From contig JBCDHX010000004.1 of the NCBI GenBank assembly GCA_038749535.1, positions 17,603-81,602 on the forward strand: DNA of 64,000 bases, in the 5' to 3' direction. A program made the translations under genes and the position numbers. Numbering within the stretch: position 1 is the first letter of the stretch; every line of letters starts with the position of its first letter. The notes under the pieces were generated by a model. That model saw only the letters and a list, made by a program, of their open reading frames with translations, was not told where the DNA came from and searched no databases. The DNA comes from Bacteroidota bacterium. GTDB taxonomy: Bacteria > Bacteroidota > Bacteroidia > Chitinophagales > Saprospiraceae. Positions 48,823 to 58,300 of the stretch are shown here, piece after piece.

Positions 48823-49833
48823 TTACGCATTCTTATGATACTCCTGCAACAAATTATCCACTTCCGCCGGGACGACGCCGACTTGTTCGCAGACTTGTCC
48901 TCCGGCGATGTTTGCTAGCGTAGCAATCTGATCGAGCGGCACATCATTGGCAATACCAATGGCAACTGTGCTGATGACTGCATCTCCTGCACCACAGACA
49001 TCGTTGATGGGTCGTGGTCTGGTCGGCAAAATTTTATGCGTCGGGTGATCGGCAAAAATGCCTTTTTCAGATAGCGTGATTAGTGTATGCTCCTGCCCTA
49101 TTTGCTGACGAATATAATCAGTCGTCTTTGATAGACTGGCGATATTGGGTTCTACTGAGAAAGGCACTTGAGCAGCAATTTCTCGCAGGTTGGGCTTAAA
49201 TAAAGTGACTCTTTTATACTCCCAAAAGTTCTCTGCTTTGGGATCGACAACAGTTGGAATATCTCTTTTGATGGCTTCTAGAATGACTTCTCGGATGATC
49301 GGGATGTCCAAGACTCCTTTGTTATAGTCTTGAAATAGAATAACATCAATCTCCTTCGCGTCCAGCAATTCTTTGATGTTGTTCATGAAATCTTGCTGCT
49401 CCTCGCTACTGAGTGGGTAGGTATCTTCTTCGTCCAGTCGCAAGATATGTTGATGACTTGCCATCACCCGTGTTTTGACTGTCGTTCTGCGCCTAGAAGA
49501 CGTATAGATACATTTTGAGGAAATATGATGGTCTTGTAGTAAGGTGATTAGTTCTTCACCATAATAATCTTCGCCCACCACGCCACACAAATAAGGTGTC
49601 GAGCCTAATGACTTGATGTTGAGCGCGACATTGGCGGCACCACCGAGTCTGTTTTCTACGGATTGTTGATTGACGATAGGGACAGGTGCTTCTGGCGAAA
49701 TTCGATCAATCGAGCCTTTTATGTACCGATCAATCATCACATCGCCTACAATAAGAACGTTGGTAGCACTAAACACCTGAGAAAGATCGCTTTTGGTGGG
49801 CACGACAGGGAAAGTATGAAGTGTGGCACTCAT
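48823..49833 (-). CDS. PfkB-family sugar kinase (RfaE domain I-like heptose-7-phosphate kinase)
   Basis: VLIVGDVMIDRY...RISPEAPVPIV and the C-terminal DVCGAGDA motif are present. The start was moved to MSATLHT. Confidence 0.75.
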   Translation of the reverse strand: MSATLHTFPVVPTKSDLSQVFSATNVLIVGDVMIDRYIKGSIDRISPEAPVPIVNQQSVENRLGGAANVALNIKSLGSTPYLCGVVGEDYYGEELITLLQDHHISSKCIYTSSRRRTTVKTRVMASHQHILRLDEEDTYPLSSEEQQDFMNNIKELLDAKEIDVILFQDYNKGVLDIPIIREVILEAIKRDIPTVVDPKAENFWEYKRVTLFKPNLREIAAQVPFSVEPNIASLSKTTDYIRQQIGQEHTLITLSEKGIFADHPTHKILPTRPRPINDVCGAGDAVISTVAIGIANDVPLDQIATLANIAGGQVCEQVGVVPAEVDNLLQEYHKNA

Positions 49834-50133
49834 TGAATAAAAGGGTTTGCCGATTCTTGAATTTGTAACATGTAAATAGTTGCACGTAATGGCTAAAACA
49901 CTATTGTTAACCAACGAGCTAGGCAAAAATATTAATTCAAATGAGGAGGAGTGCAGCGAAAAAGTATGAAATCAGGAAAGTGGAAGTTAGATAGCGCTAT
50001 TTATCCACTTGTTTTATGAATAAACGAGAACGAAACCACCTGACGACCTATTAACACAAACAGCTAACAATCAGCTAATTACCTAATCATAGACAAATGT
50101 AGTCCACTTTTAGAATCAACCTCAACTCGCCCC

Positions 50134-51648
50134 TTACGATACCGTCCAAGAACTACCTTCCTTGCCGTCTTTGACTTGAATACCGAGTGCTTGTAACTGA
50201 TCGCGGATGACATCGGAGGTCGCCCAATCTTTGTTGACGCGTGCTTCACTACGCAGTTGTAGTACTAGCTCCATCACACCGTCCAATGCAGTACTATTGC
50301 CATTTCCTGCGGCTTCTCCTTCTTCTTTCAATCCTAGTACATCAAAGAGGAAGTCTTGAAAAGTCTGCTGCAATTGCTCGAAAGTAGCGATAGAAACTTG
50401 TGATAAAGAAAGCTGCTGATTGTGAAATTTATGGATGAAACTGCTTAGCCCCATCAGACGCGCGATAGCTTTGGCAGTATTAAAGTCATCGTTCATGCCG
50501 GCATGGACTTTCTCGATTAGCCCTAAAATCGGTCGCTCTACGGCTTGGTTGACTTGCTCTTCGCCAGGATGTGTGAGTTGCTGCAAGGTTTTGTAGGCTT
50601 CCATGAGTTTTTGATAGCCCTTTTCGGCGGCTTGTAGTCCAGTATCGGTGATGTCCAATGTACTTCTGTAATGCGACTGTAACATGAAAAACCGCACCAC
50701 CATTGGGCTGTAGCCTTTGCTGATGTGCTCGCTCTCGCCGCTAAATAGTTCTGGTGGCATGATGCTATTACCATCGCTTTTCGACATTTTTTTGCCGTTC
50801 ATCAGCAGCATATTGGTGTGCATCCAATACTGAGCTCCTTCACAGTTGCAAGCCGCTTTGTTTTGTGCCATCTCGTTTTCGTGATGCGGAAATTTGAGAT
50901 CATTTCCGCCTCCATGGATGTCAAATCGCTTACCCAAATATTTGACACTCATCGCCGAACACTCCAGATGCCAGCCCGGAAAACCTTGCGACCAAGGAGA
51001 CTTCCAATGCATCAAATGATTGTCGGCTGCTTTCATCCAAATCGCAAAGTCCGAAGGATGTCGCTTTTCACTTTGATTCTTTAGATCATTGCGCGTTTCG
51101 GTCATCAAATCCTCGACGATACGACCGGAGACTTTGCCATAGTCATGTCCGGCTTCTATGTATTTTATGGTATCAAAATAAACCGATCCATTGCTTTCGT
51201 AAGCAAAACCTTGATCCAAAATATCTTGTACCATCTGTATTTGCTCAGGAATGTGTCCTGTCGCACGAGGTTCTATGCTAGGCGGCAAATTATTCAAGAT
51301 ACGCATCATATCGTGAAAGCCATTGGCATACTTCTGCGCCACTTCCATCGGCTCTAGTTGCTCCAGACGCGCTTGCTTCGCCAACTTATCATCTGCACCA
51401 GAGTCATCCGTATCGCCTACCAAGTGCCCTACATCCGTGATGTTGCGCACATAGCGAACTTTATACCCCAAATACTTCAAGTAGCGATAGATCACATCAA
51501 AGCGCGTGAACGTCAGACAGTTGCCCAAGTGCACATCGCTGTAAACCGTAGGTCCACAGACATACAGCCCAACTCGACCTTCGACCAAAGGCTTGAATAC
51601 TTCTTTTTGCTTAGTAGTGGTATTGTATAGATATAATTCGCTACTCAT
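50134..51648 (-). CDS. cysS: Cysteine--tRNA ligase
   Basis: The HIGH-type motif (VHLGN), KMSKS and WHLECS are present. Confidence 0.95.
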   Translation of the reverse strand: MSSELYLYNTTTKQKEVFKPLVEGRVGLYVCGPTVYSDVHLGNCLTFTRFDVIYRYLKYLGYKVRYVRNITDVGHLVGDTDDSGADDKLAKQARLEQLEPMEVAQKYANGFHDMMRILNNLPPSIEPRATGHIPEQIQMVQDILDQGFAYESNGSVYFDTIKYIEAGHDYGKVSGRIVEDLMTETRNDLKNQSEKRHPSDFAIWMKAADNHLMHWKSPWSQGFPGWHLECSAMSVKYLGKRFDIHGGGNDLKFPHHENEMAQNKAACNCEGAQYWMHTNMLLMNGKKMSKSDGNSIMPPELFSGESEHISKGYSPMVVRFFMLQSHYRSTLDITDTGLQAAEKGYQKLMEAYKTLQQLTHPGEEQVNQAVERPILGLIEKVHAGMNDDFNTAKAIARLMGLSSFIHKFHNQQLSLSQVSIATFEQLQQTFQDFLFDVLGLKEEGEAAGNGNSTALDGVMELVLQLRSEARVNKDWATSDVIRDQLQALGIQVKDGKEGSSWTVS

Positions 51649-51836
51649 TTTTTCGGTTTTGCGGAATGATGTAACGATGAGATATTGAATTTGGACACAG
51701 CTAGTTTGTTATTAGGCGAGGCAAAAAACGCAGTCCTAGCAGAGCTAAGGCGTCCCGATAGCTATCGGGATTTAACGAAGCATAATGACAAAATAGCAAG
51801 TCGAAAACATTAGATTCTCGTTTCACCATCCCTCGG

Positions 51837-51844
51837 CAAATGTA
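51837..51844 (-). promoter_or_regulatory. Candidate -7 box TACATTTG for cysS
   Basis: An exact TAnnTTTG match on the minus strand, about 190 nt upstream of the cysS ATG. Confidence 0.35.
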
Positions 51845-51988
51845 GGGAGAAAATTGGGAGTGAGGAAACTACTTGTCGGGTAGTTAACAAATCTGCATAG
51901 AATATGCTCATCACTTTTCATTCGGGGCACGATTCTCTCAGAAAAGAACCAAAAAGTGTCATTTCCACTATTTATTATGTTTCAAATT

Positions 51989-52023
51989 TACCGTTCAGAA
52001 CAAAAATCCTACCATTCAGAACA
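51989..52023 (+). promoter_or_regulatory. Direct repeat pair TACC(G/A)TTCAGAACA spaced 21 bp
   Basis: 13/14 identical copies at 51989 and 52010. Confidence 0.5.
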
Positions 52024-52086
52024 TTTACATCTGAAAATTTCATATTCAAGTTAGTTCTCATCTATTTTTGGAATATTGGATACCTT

Positions 52087-52122
52087 TTGAAAGAAACGGC
52101 ATCACAATTGAAAGAAATGGCA
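52087..52122 (+). promoter_or_regulatory. Direct repeat pair TTGAAAGAAA(C/T)GGCA spaced 21 bp
   Basis: 14/15 identical copies at 52087 and 52108. Confidence 0.5.
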
Positions 52123-52260
52123 CATCCAAAATGGTCAACTTTGTCATAGCAATCAACACATAGGTATTATTAGTCATAATTACTAGCGTAGATCGCTTAG
52201 GGAGGATGCCGAAAATCCTAGAAAAGAGTAGGTATTTTAATCACACAATACTACGTTAAT

Positions 52261-55200
52261 ATGAGAACTCAGTATTTACTACATCAAAAACTGACTCCCA
52301 TTATCCTTTTGATATGCTTGTTTTTAGGCGTATCGAGTCAGGCACAAGATTTGATTTTGAATACGCAGCAAGAACGAACAGTTTTTGTAGCCGATAATGA
52401 ATCTATCGCCCAACCTTTTCAGTTCTTGCGAAAGTCAGCAGAAGATGACCGAGTACTTTCTTTGTTAGTAGATCGCACAGTACATAGAGCACTTTATAAT
52501 GAACGTGCAGATGATCTGGAACTCGCCATTCCAGTGGATGCGACACATCGTATCGTTCTGGATCTGGAAAAGAAAGATATTTTGACTCCTGACTTTCAGC
52601 TTGTGACAAGTTCAGGAGAAGCCATTCCGTTCAATAGCATATTTTATCATGGCAAGATAAAAGGTAAGGAAAACACCACTGTTGCAGTCAGCATACATAA
52701 AGAAGAAATAACTATCTTCATCAATGATGAAGACGGTATTTATACTTTGGGTAAAAGAAAGGACAATCAAGATTACGTCTTTTACAATGAAAGCGATGTC
52801 CTTCCTACACAAGACATAAGTGACTTTGTCGCTAGAGACAATGGTGCGAGCAAAGCTTCATTACTTCCATCTTCCCCTTTCAGTAAAAATGGCTCTAGTA
52901 CGGCTATCCGATTTTATCTAGAAATAGACCATGAAGCATATCAATACTTCGGCAGAAGTGCTCAACGAGCCGGAAATTACACTGTAAGCTTGTTCAACCA
53001 AGTGGCAGCTATTTATGGGAGCTACGGTATCCCCTTGGCTGTTACTAGAATTCTCGCATGGACTGCCGACGATCCTTATGGACCAAGTACAGGTGATAAT
53101 GTGAGTAGTGGTCAACTAATAGACACCTTCGGAGAGCGGATGAAAGATAATTTTGAGGGGGATTTAGCGCATTTGATTACAGTAGCTGACGAGCGTATCA
53201 GGAGTACAGCAAATGGAAACGCTCTTTGTAAATCGTATGAAGTTAAGGTCGATGAATGCGATGGTGAAGAGTTCAGATATGTTACAGGTCCTTATGCATG
53301 GATAAGAGTAGAAAACACTTTTGAAAATTATCCTACTTTCTCTCCTTCAGTCAGAACTGTCGCTCGTAATATCGGTATTAATTTAGGGTCGCCCGTAACA
53401 AATACCTGTGTTTGGGGACCCAATGGCAATCAACCAATTGATGTTTGTCAGCCCGCACAACAAAGATTAGGTGCCTGTTTCTCACCTATCGGCGATGAAT
53501 GTAACGAAACCCCTTTGAACGGTGGAAGCAGCTCTGGAACAATCATGAGTTTTTGTACAGGAAATAATAATACACTTACATTTCATCCTGGACCTGCACA
53601 GGTCATTCGGGCAAACTACGCAAAATTTGTAAATGACTGTACGGATAACGATAGTGGCGATAATCAAGATGCCTGTTTTCGTATCCGACCTAGACAATCG
53701 TATACCACTCAAACACTATCTAGCGTCAACATTAATGGAGGAGGTGTAGGCATCGTACCTGCTTCCAATCTTTCTACTCAATACTGGAAAGCAGATGAAA
53801 TAGATGCTGATGCAGGTAGATATAGCTTTCGATCTGTAGACGGTGATATGGATCAGTGCTTGGAGAGTAATTTACCGACTGGAAGTTTTCTGGATGGCGC
53901 ATCACACCTAGCGGACTGTGCAAACGTATCCGGACAGATATGGACACTCGAATACATTGGCACTACCAATAGTGTTGATTTTTTCACCTTCAAGTCAGAT
54001 TTTGGCGGAGAGGATAGATGTTTGACGCTCTCCGGTGATGGAAAAGTCTGGATGACGGGTTGCCGTTCGTCCAATACAGCACAACATTGGGCGGTAGAAC
54101 GAATCGCCGACTGTACACCTGATACAGGCTGTACCGATACAGACGGCGACGGCATCTGTAATGCAGATGATAATTGCCCGACAACCGCTAATCCGAATCA
54201 AGCAGATAGCGATGGAGATGGAATAGGAGATGCTTGCGAACGCAGTGATCCTAAACTAGGTACTTGTGGCAATCCAATTGCACTGACTTGTGGTAGTAGA
54301 GTGAGCGGCAACACCGCAGATGGCGAAAACAATTTTGGTTCTGCAACTTCTCCAACAGGTACAGGTCCTGAGTTAATATACCAACTCACTATCCGACAGA
54401 AAACGAACATCTCCATTCAGTTATCAAATTTGCAAGCAGATCTAGATTTATTCTTAGGTACAAACTGTGAAGCAGGCAACTTACAGACGTTAGGTGATGG
54501 TATTAGTTCTAGTGCGGGAAATATAAACGAAAATATCAGTTTAGAAATCGAGGCAGGTACTTATTATTTAGCTGTAGATGGCTATGATGGTGCTCAGTCC
54601 TCTTTCAACTTATCTGTGACTTGTACAGGATCCTGCTCTGATACAGATGGCGATGGCATTTGTAATGCGGATGATAACTGTCCAACAACGGCTAATCCTG
54701 ATCAAGCAGACAGCGATGGTGATGGTGTAGGTGATGCTTGTGACCAAGCAGCTTCGAATGAATATAAGCTCAATCTAACTGCGGATAGTCCCGGTGGTGA
54801 TGCAATTTGGCAATATGGATATGGAGAAGCACCGACGCAATTTACACCCTTCAATACATATTTTCCTTTTGATCCTTTTGCAGGAGCAGAAGATGAGAGC
54901 TTTGTCAATGCGTATTCTCAATCCGTCTTTGACCGAGATCAAGATTTTCATGGTGTATATTTATATACCGGTAGCAATAGTTATCCGCTTAATGATTTAT
55001 TCTCACTCAACAAAGGAACTTATGTCGTCTGGCCAGGTGAAGTCGTCAGCACCAAAGTTCAATTCACTGCACCGATAGATGGTCTTTATGAAATAAACTC
55101 CAACTTTTTTGGACTATTGGAAAATGCCAATACAATTGGTTATGCGGTCTATTCTAATGCAGTTGGCGCAGTAGGTGCAACAGTAGATGGAGCAGCAGGA

Positions 55201-55668
55201 TTTAAGCAGTTGATGGAAGCACAATCCTATGGTTTTGCCAATGGCTCAGGCTATCTGGGATTTTTGCCACTACGACAGGGTGAGAAAGTAATTATTGAAA
55301 TAGATAATGGCGGTGATGGTAGTTTCACAGATGCAGCCGGACTGACACTTAAAGTGACTTATAGAAGACCGCTCAATGGCAATGCAGTAGTAGAGCAGCG
55401 TCATGAACAGTTTTCGATTACTAAAAATGAGTTGCACGTATTCCCGAATCCTAGTAGCGATCAGGTGAATATCATGATGAATAGTCCTGTAGATAGAGCG
55501 GAGATAAAAATAGTAGATCAGCTAGGCAGAGTGGTTTGGAGCGGACAGCAAAATTACATTCAGGAACAGATCACAGTTGATGTCAACCATTTACCGAATG
55601 GTGTCTACTTCGTTACTGCACAATCAGGTGGTCAAGTAACGACAAAACGCTTAGTCGTATCGAAATAG
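52261..55668 (+). CDS. Large T9SS-secreted multidomain protein: reprolysin-like (apparently inactive) domain, ricin-B lectin, 2x thrombospondin type-3 repeats, PPC-like domain, T9SS C-terminal domain
   Basis: Signal peptide present. DLAHLITV...VARNIGINLGSPVTNTCVWG lies where AHExGHNxGSxHT is expected. QxW triplets QYW/QIW/QHW mark the lectin. DTDGDGICNADDNCPTTANP(N/D)QADSDGDG occurs twice. The C-terminus reads LHVFPNPSSDQVNI...LPNGVYFV...KRLVVSK. Confidence 0.8.
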   Translation: MRTQYLLHQKLTPIILLICLFLGVSSQAQDLILNTQQERTVFVADNESIAQPFQFLRKSAEDDRVLSLLVDRTVHRALYNERADDLELAIPVDATHRIVLDLEKKDILTPDFQLVTSSGEAIPFNSIFYHGKIKGKENTTVAVSIHKEEITIFINDEDGIYTLGKRKDNQDYVFYNESDVLPTQDISDFVARDNGASKASLLPSSPFSKNGSSTAIRFYLEIDHEAYQYFGRSAQRAGNYTVSLFNQVAAIYGSYGIPLAVTRILAWTADDPYGPSTGDNVSSGQLIDTFGERMKDNFEGDLAHLITVADERIRSTANGNALCKSYEVKVDECDGEEFRYVTGPYAWIRVENTFENYPTFSPSVRTVARNIGINLGSPVTNTCVWGPNGNQPIDVCQPAQQRLGACFSPIGDECNETPLNGGSSSGTIMSFCTGNNNTLTFHPGPAQVIRANYAKFVNDCTDNDSGDNQDACFRIRPRQSYTTQTLSSVNINGGGVGIVPASNLSTQYWKADEIDADAGRYSFRSVDGDMDQCLESNLPTGSFLDGASHLADCANVSGQIWTLEYIGTTNSVDFFTFKSDFGGEDRCLTLSGDGKVWMTGCRSSNTAQHWAVERIADCTPDTGCTDTDGDGICNADDNCPTTANPNQADSDGDGIGDACERSDPKLGTCGNPIALTCGSRVSGNTADGENNFGSATSPTGTGPELIYQLTIRQKTNISIQLSNLQADLDLFLGTNCEAGNLQTLGDGISSSAGNINENISLEIEAGTYYLAVDGYDGAQSSFNLSVTCTGSCSDTDGDGICNADDNCPTTANPDQADSDGDGVGDACDQAASNEYKLNLTADSPGGDAIWQYGYGEAPTQFTPFNTYFPFDPFAGAEDESFVNAYSQSVFDRDQDFHGVYLYTGSNSYPLNDLFSLNKGTYVVWPGEVVSTKVQFTAPIDGLYEINSNFFGLLENANTIGYAVYSNAVGAVGATVDGAAGFKQLMEAQSYGFANGSGYLGFLPLRQGEKVIIEIDNGGDGSFTDAAGLTLKVTYRRPLNGNAVVEQRHEQFSITKNELHVFPNPSSDQVNIMMNSPVDRAEIKIVDQLGRVVWSGQQNYIQEQITVDVNHLPNGVYFVTAQSGGQVTTKRLVVSK
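54130..54240 (+). repeat. Thrombospondin type-3 repeat module, copy 1 (intragenic)
   Basis: Encodes CTDTDGDGICNADDNCPTTANPNQADSDGDGIGDACE. Confidence 0.85.
54634..54744 (+). repeat. Thrombospondin type-3 repeat module, copy 2 (intragenic)
   Basis: Encodes CSDTDGDGICNADDNCPTTANPDQADSDGDGVGDACD. Confidence 0.85.
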
Positions 55669-55732
55669 ACGAAAAAATGAGCAAAGTAAGGAAGTCTTGT
55701 AACTATCAAAACTTATTAGTGTACTGAATCGG

Positions 55733-55768
55733 CACGTCTTCGGAGCAATCTGAAGACGTGTTTTTTTT
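55733..55768 (+). terminator. Intrinsic terminator after the 1135-aa gene
   Basis: The stem CACGTCTTC / GAAGACGTG is followed by TTTTTTTT. Confidence 0.8.
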
Positions 55769-58211
55769 ATGACTCAAATCCCTGCGCCACCTTCCAGCTC
55801 GTCAGCGCCAAGCGTAACGCATCATAGCTATATCGCTCTTCAAAGTGCTGATACGCCTGTGTCAGATTGCCGCTTTCATGGGACTCAAAGTAGTCCTCCA
55901 TATCACGTACCATACTTTTGTCCAAAATATCATGCGCGCTTAGTTCGCCGCTTTTTACAAAATGAGAGAGATGCTTATAGATTGTCGCTGCGGTCAGGCT
56001 GCGTTCTAGCGTAATTTGATCGATGCTTTTTCCACTCTTGAACAGATCGTAAGTGATTTGTTTGGTATCTGCTTTGGTGAGTTTTCCAGCACGATTCGAC
56101 TCTAAGTTGTGCTTGGTGCAATAGTCGTCTATGATTTCGATGATTTCTGTTCCAAATTGCTCCAATTTGACTGGACCGATACCTTTCACTTTTTTCAAGT
56201 TCTTTTTATCCGTCGGCAGTCGTTTCACCAGCTCTACTAGCGATCTGCTCGGCAAGATGTCATAAGTGCGTACATCTCTATCTTTGGCTTGTACGTGTCG
56301 CCAGTAAGTCAATTGTTTGTACAACTCAGGATGCTCAACCCCGGCAGGTATTTTGTAGACTTTTTGTGGGGCTTCATCTTCATTCTTTTTGGTAGCAAAG
56401 TCGAGCGCAGCATCAGTTTTGGCAGTCAGGTAGTTTTGGGCATCAAAGTCAGGCTTGAGTGTTTTTAGCGTAGCCATTTTGATGAATAACTGTAATTCCA
56501 ATCGCTCCATCACACCCTCTATTCGCTGCTTAACTGCTTGATTATCAGTCAGTACATTAATTTCCTTGATTTGTGGCTGTACGGTATTTTCGATTTGCTC
56601 TAGAAAATAAGTGCTGCCCTTTTTCAAGCGCTCTTGTAGCAATTCATTTTCCTCTGGCAGCCAGTTTTGAGTGCAATAAAACTTGATTTGATTTTCAAAT
56701 TTTTGAGCAACGTTTCCTAGTTTTTGTTTGATACTTTGGTGAGCTGTCTTGACTTGTTCCAGTGCGGCGGTCGTCAAAATGCGCTCGTGTTCCATGTAGA
56801 TGCGCAGCAGATCGTCTGTGGCAAAACTGATGAGTTGGAAATTGAATAACTCTAAAATTAACTTTTGCTGATATTCCTTTCTAGCAGCGATCAGATGCTC
56901 TTCATTGGGCGCATTTTTGTCAGCTTGTGTTGAATATTTTCGGACTTCTGCATCTGTTTTGACACTCGAATAATCAATTTTGGTACGCAAGACAATGCCT
57001 TCAAAACTCTTGCAACGACTCAAAGCGACATAGACTTGTCCATGTGCAAAAGCAGCATTTGCATCTATGATCGCACGCTCAAATGTCAGTCCTTGACTCT
57101 TATGAATTGTGATCGCCCACGCCAATTTTAGCGGAAACTGCCGAAAGCTACCGACCACTCCCTCTTCTACCTCTTTGGTCTTTTCGTTGAGCTTGTATTT
57201 GACGTTGAGCCACTCTTCGATGTTGACGCTGATTTCTAGTTCATCATCAGGGCATTTTACGTAAATATTATCGCGATCTAGGCTTGTAATACGCCCAATT
57301 TTGCCATTGTAATATCGCTTTTCAAAGGACAAATCGTTCTTGATGAACATGACTTGTGACCCTTTTTTGAGTGCTAGTTTTTCTTTAGTCGGAAAGTTAT
57401 TTTCAGAAAAATTACCTTCGACTTCTGCTTTGTACGCATAGGTTTTGGTATCCAACTCTTCCAACTTTTCGTCATTGATTTTCTGTGCCGTTTTGTTGTG
57501 AGAAGTCAAGATGATATACGACTCTTCTTCGGGTGCGACGAAGTTAGGAATATAGCGGCTATTGAGCTGATCGAGGACTTGTTTGTCGAGTTGATTGTTA
57601 CGCACTTTATTCAACAAATCGATGAAAACAGAGTCAGATTGCCGGTAAATATGTGTCAGTTGAATCGTAACAGGCGCAGTCCGTTGTAATGCCAAACTAC
57701 CAAAGAAATAAGGCGTTTTGTAATATTCTCGGAGTGTGTACCACTCTTCTTGCTTGACGACAGGCGGTAATTGATGCAGATCACCGATCATCAATAACTG
57801 TACGCCGCCAAAGGGAGCTTTTGATCTTCTGACTCGTCTCAATACATCATCCACAGCATCCAGTAGATCTGCTCTCACCATACTGATCTCGTCGATAATG
57901 AGCAAATCTAAACTTCGGATAAGCGAAATCTTTTTGCGCGAAAATTTGCGTTGTTCTTTGCTCGGCTGACCATTGGGTACAAACATCCCAAACGGCAACT
58001 GAAACAAAGAATGAATAGTCATACCACCAGCATTGATCGCTGCTATTCCGGTAGGGGCGACGACTGCTGTCCGCTTGATGGTTTCTTGTCGGACACGACG
58101 GAGGAAAGTCGTTTTCCCGGTTCCTGCTTTTCCGGTAAGAAAGATATTTTGATTGGTCGATTGAACATACTGATAAGCCAATTCAATCTGTTTGTTTTTT
58201 ACTTCTGCCAT
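55767..58211 (-). CDS. PIF1/RecD-like superfamily 1 helicase with C-terminal HRDC and HTH domains
   Basis: Walker A GKAGTGKTT, IDEISMV and GDLHQLPPV are present. An HRDC-like segment (LPSRSLVELVKRLP...VKGIGPVKLEQFG) and a terminal HTH follow. Confidence 0.8.
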   Translation of the reverse strand: MAEVKNKQIELAYQYVQSTNQNIFLTGKAGTGKTTFLRRVRQETIKRTAVVAPTGIAAINAGGMTIHSLFQLPFGMFVPNGQPSKEQRKFSRKKISLIRSLDLLIIDEISMVRADLLDAVDDVLRRVRRSKAPFGGVQLLMIGDLHQLPPVVKQEEWYTLREYYKTPYFFGSLALQRTAPVTIQLTHIYRQSDSVFIDLLNKVRNNQLDKQVLDQLNSRYIPNFVAPEEESYIILTSHNKTAQKINDEKLEELDTKTYAYKAEVEGNFSENNFPTKEKLALKKGSQVMFIKNDLSFEKRYYNGKIGRITSLDRDNIYVKCPDDELEISVNIEEWLNVKYKLNEKTKEVEEGVVGSFRQFPLKLAWAITIHKSQGLTFERAIIDANAAFAHGQVYVALSRCKSFEGIVLRTKIDYSSVKTDAEVRKYSTQADKNAPNEEHLIAARKEYQQKLILELFNFQLISFATDDLLRIYMEHERILTTAALEQVKTAHQSIKQKLGNVAQKFENQIKFYCTQNWLPEENELLQERLKKGSTYFLEQIENTVQPQIKEINVLTDNQAVKQRIEGVMERLELQLFIKMATLKTLKPDFDAQNYLTAKTDAALDFATKKNEDEAPQKVYKIPAGVEHPELYKQLTYWRHVQAKDRDVRTYDILPSRSLVELVKRLPTDKKNLKKVKGIGPVKLEQFGTEIIEIIDDYCTKHNLESNRAGKLTKADTKQITYDLFKSGKSIDQITLERSLTAATIYKHLSHFVKSGELSAHDILDKSMVRDMEDYFESHESGNLTQAYQHFEERYSYDALRLALTSWKVAQGFES

Positions 58212-58300
58212 TGCCGCTTCACTTTGTTAGAGCTGACAAAAATAGAAAAGTAATCAGTAGAAATTGGTGAGAATTTCAATAAAATAAATCGCTTCCTCTC

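Noticed and set aside
52116-52135. Sigma-54 promoter (TGGCAC) upstream of the large T9SS gene
   Set aside because: TGGCAC is present, but the required TTGC at N5 spacing is not (the sequence reads TGGCACATCCAAAATGG). The hexamer is part of the 21-bp-phased repeat.
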